Shown here: in pieces, positions 1 to 11,010 of the stretch
Numbering within the stretch: position 1 is the first letter of the stretch
Layout of the letters: every line of letters starts with the position of its first letter
NCBI RefSeq assembly: GCF_006345805.1
Contig: NC_043011.1
Span: forward strand, 21,402,464-21,466,463
Source of the DNA: Octopus sinensis
Lineage: Eukaryota
Direction of reading: 5' to 3'
DNA: 64,000 bases
Notes under the pieces: model-generated
Databases searched by the model: none
Told to the model about the DNA's origin: nothing
The model's input: the letters and a program-made list of their open reading frames with translations, nothing else
Program-made: the position numbers and the translations under genes

Positions 1-199
1 TGGTAGCTACTTTTGAACAAACACCAACGAGTGGAGAATATTAACAACTCAGAACGCAGCTCACAGCAACACTCAACCAATAATTCGCTATGTATATCAA
101 TAAACAACTGCTTAAAATAGCGGCTATGACACGAATCAATAGGAAACCCACCGATTTGATATGATGAACGATCGATCAAATTGCTAAGGAACATCTAGC

Positions 200-1080
200 A
201 CAGAATGAGGCTCCCAAATATTGGATATTGAATATCTTACTACACTGTGTTGCAATTACCATCTGCCAACTGACAGGAATTACAGACATCGATCGCAAAG
301 AGAAACTCTAACCAAAATAGATGGCCTGTCTCCAGACAAATGCCGACAGACTCTGAAAATATAGAATCGTATACTATAATTAAGTACAGAGCAAATCACC
401 AACTGCGAATTTATGACAAACTAGCTAAGGTTTTCGGAAATTAATGACAGGAGATACTAACGAGTAAACTAATAACCCTTTCATACGAACTGCAAGCAGT
501 AAAAAACTATTAGATCATAGAACTATCAATTGCAGCTTTGTATTAAACCCACAAGTAATATATTGCAGCACAAAAGGCCATATCATCAAAATCGTGAAAA
601 ACAGGGAATAAAAACGAGTAATACAATATGATACAATATGGTTAAAGGAACTACGGAGTGGGTTGTCTTTTAATCATGAGTACCTCCCTAAACTGCCATA
701 CCAATGTGAAACATGTCACGCGCATCATCAGCAGCTGTCCAAAAATGGCTATAAATACATTATTTTCTCGTGAGACACGACATTGTTGCCAAAATCATCG
801 ACAAGGCTATTTGCCGGAAGAATTGTCCTGATGGCCGTACAAAAAGCACAATAGAACCAGGATGTATCCATATATATGGAAGAGTAGTTAAAAACACCGC
901 TCTATAATAACGAGGCTTTGCAGTCGACGGCACTGGCTGTGTCATATCAAAAAAAGTTTTCTCTTGCCATAATCTCGGTCGACCCAAGCCTTTTTGAGAG
1001 AGACTAGGTTGACGGAAACGACGAAGCACATAGGATAAACTGCACCTGTAATTCAAAAGGTCACTATCATCACACACAAT
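200..1080 (+). mobile_element. Decayed RLE-type (R4/Dong-like) non-LTR retrotransposon relic
   Basis: From ~712 translates, across a frameshift, as HVTRIISSCPKM.../RHDIVAKIIDKAICRKNCPD, matching the zinc-knuckle region of the element at 49.7 kb (THIISSCPKM...RHDVVGRTLYNEIRRKD). Many stops; boundaries approximate. Confidence 0.6.
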
Positions 1081-1556
1081 GTCAGGCTAATTGCTTCTAG
1101 GCTTTACGTTAACGGTGCAAGTGTCTGTGGAATACTCAACCAGTCATGCAATTATTCAATGAACTGGCACATTTATTGATTGAGCAACTAGAATACTTAT
1201 CGTCAGCAATGCCGAACCCATTGACTACTTTATGTCTGCGTGTGTGCGTGTGTATGTATGTATGTATGTATGTATGTATGTATGTATGTATGTATGTGCA
1301 TTTGCATGTATACATACTTACTATATACGGCTATCATCAGACAAGATAATTGTCTCACATTCAGACTCATTGTACTTTCTTTCTTTTTTTTTTATTCTTG
1401 TATGCGCGCGGATGTGATTTTACACGTTACCACGCCATAGGACTTTATAAAATACAAAATGGACTCGAGAAATGAAATGAATTGTTATTGGATTTAAGTG
1501 ACAAAAATTTATGCAGCAATTTTGCCACTCTCTCAGGCGCCATAGTGGATTCCAGC

Positions 1557-2118
1557 TACAAAAGCGACGTCGGCCTCGGCCGACGTGCTAACGATTCAAT
1601 TAGCTCGCAGATATATTAAATACCATGCCAAATGAATTTTTGATCTATTACAGCTATCTTTACCTTTGGAGGATGTATCACAATTACCAAATAGTAATGG
1701 AGACCAGCTCCAGCTGAGAAGAGGAGATAATCACAAGATCAATTATTCTCTAAAACTAACATGCCATTAAGGTCGGCTGTTATCTCTTAACAACAAACCT
1801 GTCTTTTTTTTTAAGTCCATGTCAACTTTGGAGAATTCTAGATTCTTGAGATCATCTCGCTTTATTATATCTTAATTGCCATTTGGTAATTATCATACAG
1901 AGGCGGGGATAATTTTGATAAATCAAGAACTTATGTTGTATGGTATCTGATATACCTGTATTAGTAGTTCATGTGGTTCTTTCTATGCTCAGTATTTTAT
2001 CACTAACCATACACACACAAATTATATACATATGTGTGTATGTATCTGTGTATACACATGCATGAGTGTACACACAAATATGTATATATATATATATATA
2101 TATATACATACATAAATA

Positions 2119-2201
<83 letters not shown>

Positions 2202-2722
2202 TTGTGTGTACACTCATGCATGTGTATACACAGATATATACACACATATGTATATAATTTGTGTGTGTATGGTTAGTGATAAAATACTGAGCATAGAAAG
2301 AACCACATGAACTACTAATACAGGTATATCAGATACCATACAACATAAGTTCTTGATTTATCAAAATTATCCCCGCCTCTGTATGATAATTACCAAATGG
2401 CAATTAAGATATAATAAAGCGAGATGATCTCAAGAATCTAGAATTCTCCAAAGTTGACATGGACTTAAAAAAAAAGACAGGTTTGTTGTTAAGAGATAGC
2501 AGCCGACCTTAATGGCATGTTAGTTTTAGAGAATAATTGATCTTGTGATTATCTCCTCTTCTCAGCTGGAGCTGGTCTCCATTACTATTTGGTAATTGTG
2601 ATACATCCTCCAAAGGTAAAGATAGCTGTAATAGATCAAAAATTCATTTGGCATGGTATTTAATATATCTGCGAGCTAATTGAATCGTTAGCACGTCGGC
2701 CGAGGCCGACGTCGCTTTTGTA
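1557..2722. repeat. ~1.17-kb near-perfect palindrome centred on a (TA)n tract
   Basis: 1557-~2085 is the reverse complement of ~2190-2722 with only about two substitutions seen by eye. Confidence 0.97.
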
Positions 2723-3104
2723 AATAATAAATATATTCATATATATATACATATATATAATATATATCATATATATAATATAAATTATATTATACACACA
2801 TATATATATAACAGAAAATGTGTGTCTGTCTGTCGTGTGTACCAGTAACACTCGAGAACTACCCAACCCATTTTATTCAAATTTTACACATGCATTACTT
2901 AGGGTCCATGCAGTGTCATAAGCCAAAAGCATTTTCAACGTCTTGCCTAATGCGAGCCCGGAGTAATCTCTTATCTCTTACACTATTTCAGTATTACGTG
3001 TCAAAAGTGAAACATTAATATCTCTGTTGTAATGTGAGATAGTACTTTCAGTTTTAATAGTTTCACTATAATACTGAAACTATTATATCACTTGCATATG
3101 CACA

Positions 3105-3160
<56 letters not shown>

Positions 3161-3777
3161 TATCTCACATATATATTTGTGCATGTGTGTGTATGTGTGT
3201 GTCTGTGTGTCTGTGTATCTGTCTGTATTTATATTGAGGGATGATGTCTAAATTTTATGGTGATTTATCTAATCAGCGAATTAGCCACGCAAATCATTCA
3301 TGAGCTAGCTTGTATAAAGACAAATACCGAAACATTCACACACACACACATATACACACTCACGCACTTACGCACAAATCTTGTGTGTTCATGTGTGTGT
3401 GTGTGTGTGTGTGCGCGGATGCGTGTTTGCGTATGTGCGTGCATGTGTGTGCGTGTGTGTGTGCGTGTGTGTGTGCGTGTATTAATCAAGAGTATAATCA
3501 CATGTGCCTGTATATGTTTCATAATACATATGCGTAATTATAAATATGTAAATAAGCTACTACAACAATTCAAATGAAGGAATGAAAGAATAAAAGAGAA
3601 TTTATTCAATATTTTAGCTAGAAAAGACTGTTGTGAATAGCGAAATATCATGCATATTTCTATTCATCAATAAGGTCTTTTGTGACCGAAATTTTGAATA
3701 CATTTTGTTGATTTTTTCGCAAATATTTTTGTGGCTATCGTCTTCCTTAGTCTCTGCCTGTCTGTCTTTCTGTCATC

Positions 3778-3830
<53 letters not shown>

Positions 3831-3832
3831 CC

Positions 3833-3882
<50 letters not shown>

Positions 3883-3944
3883 CTCTCCTCTCTCTCTGTG
3901 TTTCTTTCCCTATACCCCTGTATATATATATATATTATATATAT

Positions 3945-4015
<71 letters not shown>

Positions 4016-4234
4016 GTACGTATATATGTATGTATGTATGTATGTATGTAGGTAGGTAGGTAGGTAGGTAGGTATGTAGGTAGGTAGGTAGGTAGGTAGG
4101 TAGGTAGGTAGGTAAGCAGGCAGGCCACAAACAATATTGATACACACAAATATAACTATACGCATGAGTATATTTCTGCATTCTAGGACACACGCGAGCA
4201 CGTACACACTCTCACGCACACACACCCACACATA

Positions 4235-4274
<40 letters not shown>

Positions 4275-4325
4275 TACACACACGCGCGCATACACACAGA
4301 CTCACACACGCACACGCACACATAC

Positions 4326-4363
<38 letters not shown>

Positions 4364-4497
4364 TACACACACGCGCGCATACACACAGACTCACACACGC
4401 ACACGCACACATACACACACACATACACACACACATACACACACACACCTTTGTACTGCTTTTACGAACGCAAAAGTAATACATACTATCTCTCTCT

Positions 4498-4563
<66 letters not shown>

Positions 4564-5029
4564 TGCTTTACACATTTATTCAAAGCCGAAATTTCCCTTT
4601 GTTGTTTCTCCAGATTTTCACGTTTCCCTCTTTTTATCGCGACTGATAATTCAAAACAGACTGTTGTTTCTTTTCTAGCTATTTGAAATTATACGAACTT
4701 GATCAATGCAGTTTAAAAGTGAAAGTAGATATAAGTATATTAATTCTCAGATACATTTGCTGGTTGACTTGTAGCGGGTGGAAGGATATGGAAACTAATT
4801 AGGGATCCTGTAGACAATAGAGCAGGTTTGCTGCTATTTGGGATTGGGCGTATCTTAGCTGTTCGGGGACTGGAAATCATATTCCAGTTGGAAGCTTCTT
4901 AGAGGTTTTCGGTTATGCTTTTTTGGCTAGGCGGGAAGGGATATACATGAAAGAATAGCTTTCGATACCTACTTTAATCTATTTTGAATGTGTAATGAAT
5001 ATCTTTTTATAGGCGAAGGAGGAGATGGG

Positions 5030-5190
5030 GGGGTTCTTCTATAACTAACTGTTCCGGGGCCTTACTTTGGTCCTGGGGACAGTTCTTTTTAATGTGGCCT
5101 GGTTCCAGACACATGTGACATTTGGGGGGCGTCCCTCAAGAACCACTGGATACCTACTACCGGCCATCTTCAGAAAATCTGGAAACACCA
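5030..5190 (-). mobile_element. Relic of a LINE ORF1/gag-like CCHC zinc knuckle
   Basis: Minus strand reads FPDFLKMAGSRYPVVLEGRP, then after a 1-nt shift in a C run KCHMCLEPGHIKKNCPQ (CX2CX4HX4C). Confidence 0.55.
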
Positions 5191-5709
5191 GATTCTTGGC
5201 TGATTGGGTCCACAGGGTCAAAACTGCTTTTGACCCCAGCCAATCAGCCGCAAGCAGAATTTTGACATTGAGGAGCTTGACTCTGTTGTCACCCAGACCC
5301 CGGCGGAAGCAAGCTTCTTACCACGCAGCCACATCTGCGCCTATATCTATATATATATGCGTGCGTGTGTGTGTGTGTGTATGTGTGGGTGTGTGGGTGG
5401 GTGTATATACATATATAATGGGATCACCATATAACCTTAAATTAATTGTCAAGCAGAATAAATGTGACACAGTGAGTGACAACGCTGAACCTTTGGATTA
5501 CAGATACAATCTGGAGTAATTCTCGGCTATAAAATGACATTTACTCAAGATTGAAGACTGGGATCGAATCCTGGACCTCGAAGTTACGAACTGAACGTCT
5601 TAACAATTACCCTATATTGCGATACACACTTATGTGCATACATATACATACATACATAGACACATACACATATATATACATAAATAGATATACATATATG
5701 GATATATAA

Positions 5710-5757
<48 letters not shown>

Positions 5758-5763
5758 TATATA

Positions 5764-5801
5764 TTGTCCGACGAACGGGAACGTGAAACTCCGAGTAACA
5801 G
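5764..5801 (+). ncRNA. Candidate minimal type-I hammerhead ribozyme (U4C variant)
   Basis: UUGU-CCGACGA-ACG/GGAA/CGU-GAAA-CUCCGAG-UA-ACAG, in a ~70-bp cassette between two (TA)n tracts. Confidence 0.6.
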
Positions 5802-5834
5802 CTTTTGTTAAATTTCTGCTGCTTTTAAATAAAG

Positions 5835-5913
<79 letters not shown>

Positions 5914-6738
5914 ATATATGTATATTTATATATATATATATATATATATGTATATTTATATATATACACACATATATAATATATATATATACATATATAT
6001 ATAAAAGCATACACATACATATATATAATATATCTAAGTGTATGTGTATAAATATCAGGCTCTCATACAAACATATATGTATACGTGCACAAACATATCT
6101 ACATACATACACACAAACCGATGTGCATGTATAAAAACACACTGACACACATACAAACGTACATAAAATTCAAGCCTGTGATATCCATTTAGATTGTGTT
6201 TAAATATTGATGGTCTATCAATTTTTATTTTCTTTGACTAATTTTTTACAAAAATTTACGACATTTATGAAAAATACCATAAATCTTTTTAAAGGTTGAA
6301 ACTTAGCTGAAAATAAGTTTGTAACAGATATTTAAATTTCAAGAAAAGGAGGTCTCAACCGAAAAATATTGCTACAAAATAACATTTAGACTTCAAAAAG
6401 GACTATATAGTATTGGATTTCACTAAATTTATTTGAAATAAATATTCTAATTCTCAGAATAGTAACTATAAATCCATATTTCAAATTTGCTGTCGTCTCC
6501 TGTAATATTATCGGAATATTTATGGCTTCACGAAAAGACAAAAACATATTTTCACCTCACTTAATAGACTAGAAGCGATAGCAACAAATTTATTTTGAAC
6601 GCTTTTGTAATGTCCGCCATGACTTTTCGTGAAACAAGATTTAATGTTTGTATTTAGATGATATCCGCCATTACACACAAAATAACAAAATCAGAAAAAG
6701 CGCTGAGTGTCTTATATATCATTTTATGTCGTTCTTTA

Positions 6739-7175
6739 GGCGGCGAACTGGCAGAATCATTAGCACACCGGGCATTTCTTCCGGCTCAGATTATAAGTTC
6801 AAATACCTATTTCTTTACTACCCACAAGGGGCAGGACAAACAAGGACAGACAAACGGATTAAGTCGATTATATCGACCCCAGTGTGTAACTGGTACTTAT
6901 TTAATCGACCCCGAAAGGATGTAAGGCAAAGTTGACCTCGGCGGAATTTGAACTCAGAACGTTGCGGCAGACGAAATACCGCTAAGCATTTCGCCCAGCG
7001 TGCTAACGTTTCTGCCAGCTCGCCGCCTTTATAAGTTCAAATACCACTGAGAACAACTTTGACTTTCATTCTTTCAGTATCTATAAAATACCTACCAGTT
7101 GAGCGCTAATATCGATGTGACCGTCTTGCCCCCCCCCCACCAAATTATACACCCTGTGCTTACAGTAGAAAGGAA
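6739..7175 (+). mobile_element. Older tRNA-derived SINE (family A), interrupted by a nested SINE
   Basis: Head GGCGGCGAACTGGCAGAA at 6739; body resumes after the duplicated target at 7046. Confidence 0.75.
6808..7028 (-). mobile_element. Full-length SINE family A copy nested in another copy
   Basis: Reverse complement of the family A sequence seen at 61006-61233; 17-bp TSD TTATAAGTTCAAATACC at 6791-6807 and 7029-7045. Confidence 0.92.
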
Positions 7176-7194
7176 AAGGAATATATATAATGTT

Positions 7195-7855
7195 CCCTAA
7201 GATGGCTGTTACGAGCACAAGTAGTAATTTCTAGGCGATGACTTCGCCCATCCCGCATGTATGCATGCTAGTAACTCATGTAACCGATCCGCGATCGGCA
7301 GATCCGTCCACAGCGACCGCAGGGAAATGTTTGTGGTGTGCTTGGCTCCGCTCTAATACAGCCCTTTCCTCGGGCTCTCCTCTCCTCCTGGCTGACACGA
7401 CGGTTTGCCTCAAATGCGCTGGTGGCCTGCTGGATGGTGTGGCGCTAAGCATTGCGGTTAGCAGCTTGAGTGGCCCACTGGCGGGGAACGATGTAACAAA
7501 ACGTCCAGGGTCTTTTTTACGGAGGGTTGTCTTCTGGCTGTCAAAATCACGATGCATTTGAGAAGCGGTATAAGACATGCTTTTTTTTTTAGCATGTTTT
7601 ATACCGTTTCTTGGGCGCACTGCTATTTTGACAGCCAGAAGACAGTTTTCCATTGAGTACGATCTTTGGCAGGCAATGGTTCCCTATACAGGAGATATGC
7701 CTCGCCCAGTGCTGCTGTGTCTTCATAAGAATGGCCTCGATACTGGTCGTCCTAGCTTTCTTGCGGACAGCGTTGGTGGAACCTCTCCAAGCACTACAAG
7801 ACCCAAGAGTGAGAGCCGTATAAGAGAGTGGTAAGGACTACAGCCTTGTAATACG
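7195..7855 (-). mobile_element. RTE/BovB-type LINE 3' relic
   Basis: Minus-strand pieces YKAVVLTTLLYGSHSW, TSIEAILMKTQQHWARHIS...LPKIVLNGKLSSG...PKKRYK and FPCGRCGRICRSRIG; frameshifts and stops. Confidence 0.85.
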
Positions 7856-8484
7856 CAAAAAGCAGTGCAGGGATCACTTTTGAAAAGTAGACCAATCATG
7901 ATCTGTAGATATGTAGATAAAGTATCTGGTTAAGCGTTACATTAGATGTAATGAAACCGTTGACCATACCAAGGATATTGAGCAATAGAGAAAGTGGACG
8001 GGCCGATGTTGAGTGTACATCTTTTATTTTGCATACTACTCTTTATAAATGCGGTGTGTCGAGAGATATCATATATTTAAATGATTTTCGAAGAATTCAT
8101 CTAAGTTATCGATTTCTGCCTTACAGGTCGATTTGACCTTATCACTGCAAGCTCACAAAGCTAATCACCACCTTGCGAGGGAACATTTATGAGACCACTC
8201 GACTTCAAATAAATGGTAGTTAATCACACCCAACCTTCTAATTAAGAAAAGGTAAGTCAGTTAATTCTGACTTGGGCAAAACGATACTATTACTGTAGAT
8301 AGTTCATAACAGTTTGTTTTTAGTTAGGTGAAGCTGATGAGTGCTAAGTGCCTTGGTCATGATAGAACGCAAGCAAACACCCTACCAAATCAGCCACCAA
8401 CAGTTTTCGTAATATAACTTATTCACAAAAATAAACTTAAACAAATTCACAAACTATTTTATATAGATACTCTTGGTATTTTAA

Positions 8485-8625
8485 GGCGGCGAGCTGACAG
8501 AACCTTTATCATGCTGGACAAAATATACAGCAGCATTTCTTGCGGCTCTTTACGTTCTGAATTCTCATCCCGCACGGGGCAGTTTTGTCTTTCATCCTTT
8601 CGGAGTTGATAAAATAAATTACGTG
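8485..8625 (+). mobile_element. SINE family A, diverged 5' part
   Basis: GGCGGCGAGCTGACAGAA head and ...TTTCATCCTTTCGGAGTTGATAAA body. Confidence 0.75.
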
Positions 8626-8627
8626 AG

Positions 8628-9010
8628 GTAAAAAGTTTGCTTCCCAACCACATGGTTCCGGGTTCGACCCCCACTATGTGGCACGTTAGACAAGTGTCTT
8701 CTACTATGGCGTCGGACGAAAGCTTTGTGAATGGATTTGGTAGACGGAATTGGAAAGAAGCCCGTCGTGTATGTATGTGTGTGTGTGTGTGTGTGTATGT
8801 GTTTGTGTGTGTCTTTGTAGTTTTTCCTCTCCACCGCTTGACAACTGTTGTCGGTGTGTTTACGTCTCCATGATTTAACGGTTCGGCAAAAGATAACGAT
8901 AGAATAAGTACCAGGTTTAAAAAAAAACTACTGGTGTCAATTCGTTCGGCTAAAATTCCTTCAAAGTGATGCCCAAGCATAGCCGCAGGTTAATGATGAA
9001 ACAAGTAAAA
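8628..9010 (+). mobile_element. SINE family B (tRNA head, internal GT microsatellite)
   Basis: CCACATGGTTCCGGGTTCGA...CAAGTGTCTTCTACTATGGC...GGATTTGGTAGACGGAA, shared with copies at 26.6, 29.0 and 34.1 kb. Confidence 0.85.
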
Positions 9011-9358
9011 GAATCACGTACTGAGGTCAATGTCATTGACCTGCCCCTTCCCTCAAAATTGTTGGTCTTGAGCTCTACCACGAACCAGCGACTCGTTCAG
9101 AGGGAATCTTGCCATCTCTGTCACTTATACGCTACAGAAACCGCGTAACACGCTTTATAAGTTCTCTAGTTTTTGACGAAAATTTAAATGTTTCTAGCTG
9201 TGCTGGACTTAATTGCTATAGCATATTATAGATTCCCAAATTTTACAACTTATTTGTGGTGCTTGAATTGTAAGGGACCGTGTGTGTCTTAGAAAATGGA
9301 ATCTCCTTCAATTCGGACGATGGGTATTAAAATATTCGATCAACTGAAATACATACTC

Positions 9359-9791
9359 AGATCTTTTTGGTTTAAACGGTAGTTTTTATCATATTTTCTA
9401 GGTAACTAAAAAATTTTAAACTTCATATACTGGTAGAATGTGTTTATAAAACATCTTTTTCTCTTGGCTTTATTGAGAAAATTCTATAGTTTGTAAGATA
9501 TTTGTTGTTTTTTTTCTTCAATTTCTGCAATTTCAACCAATCAGTGACGTCTATTGAATTAAAAAGCATTCTGTGCCGTATGAATATGTCCCTCGTTTAA
9601 GGAACAGATTGGGTTTATTTACATTTGTGAAGAAAAAAAGATACCCTTCCCCCACCCCTAACCCTAAACCTAACTAACCCTAACCCTAAAAGAGATTGAA
9701 ATGCAATAGATCGATTCTAGGGTCATAATTATGGGTGACAATTTCTTATGACACCGCTAGAAAAAAACTGCCGTTCAAACCGAAAAGATCC
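9359..9791. mobile_element. Non-autonomous DNA transposon (MITE), ~28-bp TIRs, 8-bp TSD, internal TAACCC motifs
   Basis: Left end AGATCTTTTTGGTTTAAACGGTAGTTTTT; right end reverse-complements to GGATCTTTTCGGTTTGAACGGCAGTTTTT. Flanks ACATACTC and ACGTACTC. Confidence 0.8.
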
Positions 9792-10574
9792 ACGTACTCA
9801 TTTGAATTAGGGTATACGAGATCGAACGTTCAATAAAAAAGGTGTAGCCTTAAAATGATTTTTAGGTCGAATTATTATTATAATAACGGATAAAATCCAG
9901 CCGACAGGCTTCTGCACTATTTCCATCCACTGAGTTTCGCATAGGCCAGCCTGAGGATATTCATATATATAATTTTTTTTTTTAATCTAAAATACCAGTC
10001 AGTGGGATCGAATCCACGACCTTGATTTTGCTAGGCGAACTTCCTAAATATTCAACCACGCTGCGTCTATATTTGCTATTCTTACACTTCATTGGTGGTA
10101 AACCTATAACAACTAACCAGCAACGAGGCTCTTAAATGAGAGATTATATCGCCATCTTTAGATTTTCAGAATTTAATCCTTTCGTTTCTGTAAGCGTCAA
10201 TTACAAATGTTTCTATTTATTTTTATAGCTACTTTACAGGCTACAACGATGTGCTCACATCAAATGGACATGTTAAATCAATCAGTGTAAAAGACCTTCG
10301 TTTCGTTTTAATGGGAATATCAGGGCAGTTTGTTCTAGTTTTACAATCTGAATATATGTTTATATCCTCGACGAACAAGAATTTGGAATTTTACAGCCTC
10401 CGAATGTTTACTGCTTTGATATCGGTTATTCCAAATGTTTACGCATTTTAAGGACGAGTTATTCATCTGCTATATTCCCATGTCTTTTTTTTTTATATAT
10501 TTTTGTCATTCGACAACTTTACGCAATAACTGTGACCCTGTTTAAGCGGTAAACTGTAACACACACACACACAC

Positions 10575-10730
10575 ACACACACAAATGTAAGCAATTTGCT
10601 TCCCAAATGTACGGTTCTATGCTCAGTCCCAGTGCGCGATACCCTGGGAAAGTGTTTTCTACTATAGCCCCGAGGCGACCAAAGTTTGTGAATGGATTTG
10701 GTAGACGGAAACTAAAATAAACCCGTCGTC

Positions 10731-10792
<62 letters not shown>

Positions 10793-11010
10793 TATACACA
10801 CGTTAATGTCGAACCGTGTGTGTGTTTGTGTATTTATGTATGTGTGTCATTATGTTTGTGTTTGTCCCCACTGCTAGACAACCGGTGGTAATTTGTTTAC
10901 GTCCTCGCGACTTAGCTCTTTGGAAAGAAAAACCGATATAGTAAGTATCAGCCTTCAAGGCGGTGCTCCAGAATTGCCGCAATCTAGTGACTGAAACAAG
11001 TAAAAGATAA
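10575..11010 (+). mobile_element. SINE family B, diverged
   Basis: GGAAAGTGTTTTCTACTATAGCCC...GGATTTGGTAGACGGAAACT...AAGGCGGTGCTCCAG...GACTGAAACAAGTAAAAG. Confidence 0.8.

Noticed and set aside
4780-4990. Possible Penelope linker/GIY-YIG relic on the minus strand (…SIVYRIP)
   Set aside because: Only a few matching residues amid stops; not supportable without a profile search.
9654-9690. TAACCC run as a true telomere or fusion scar
   Set aside because: Short, degenerate and inside a TIR element.
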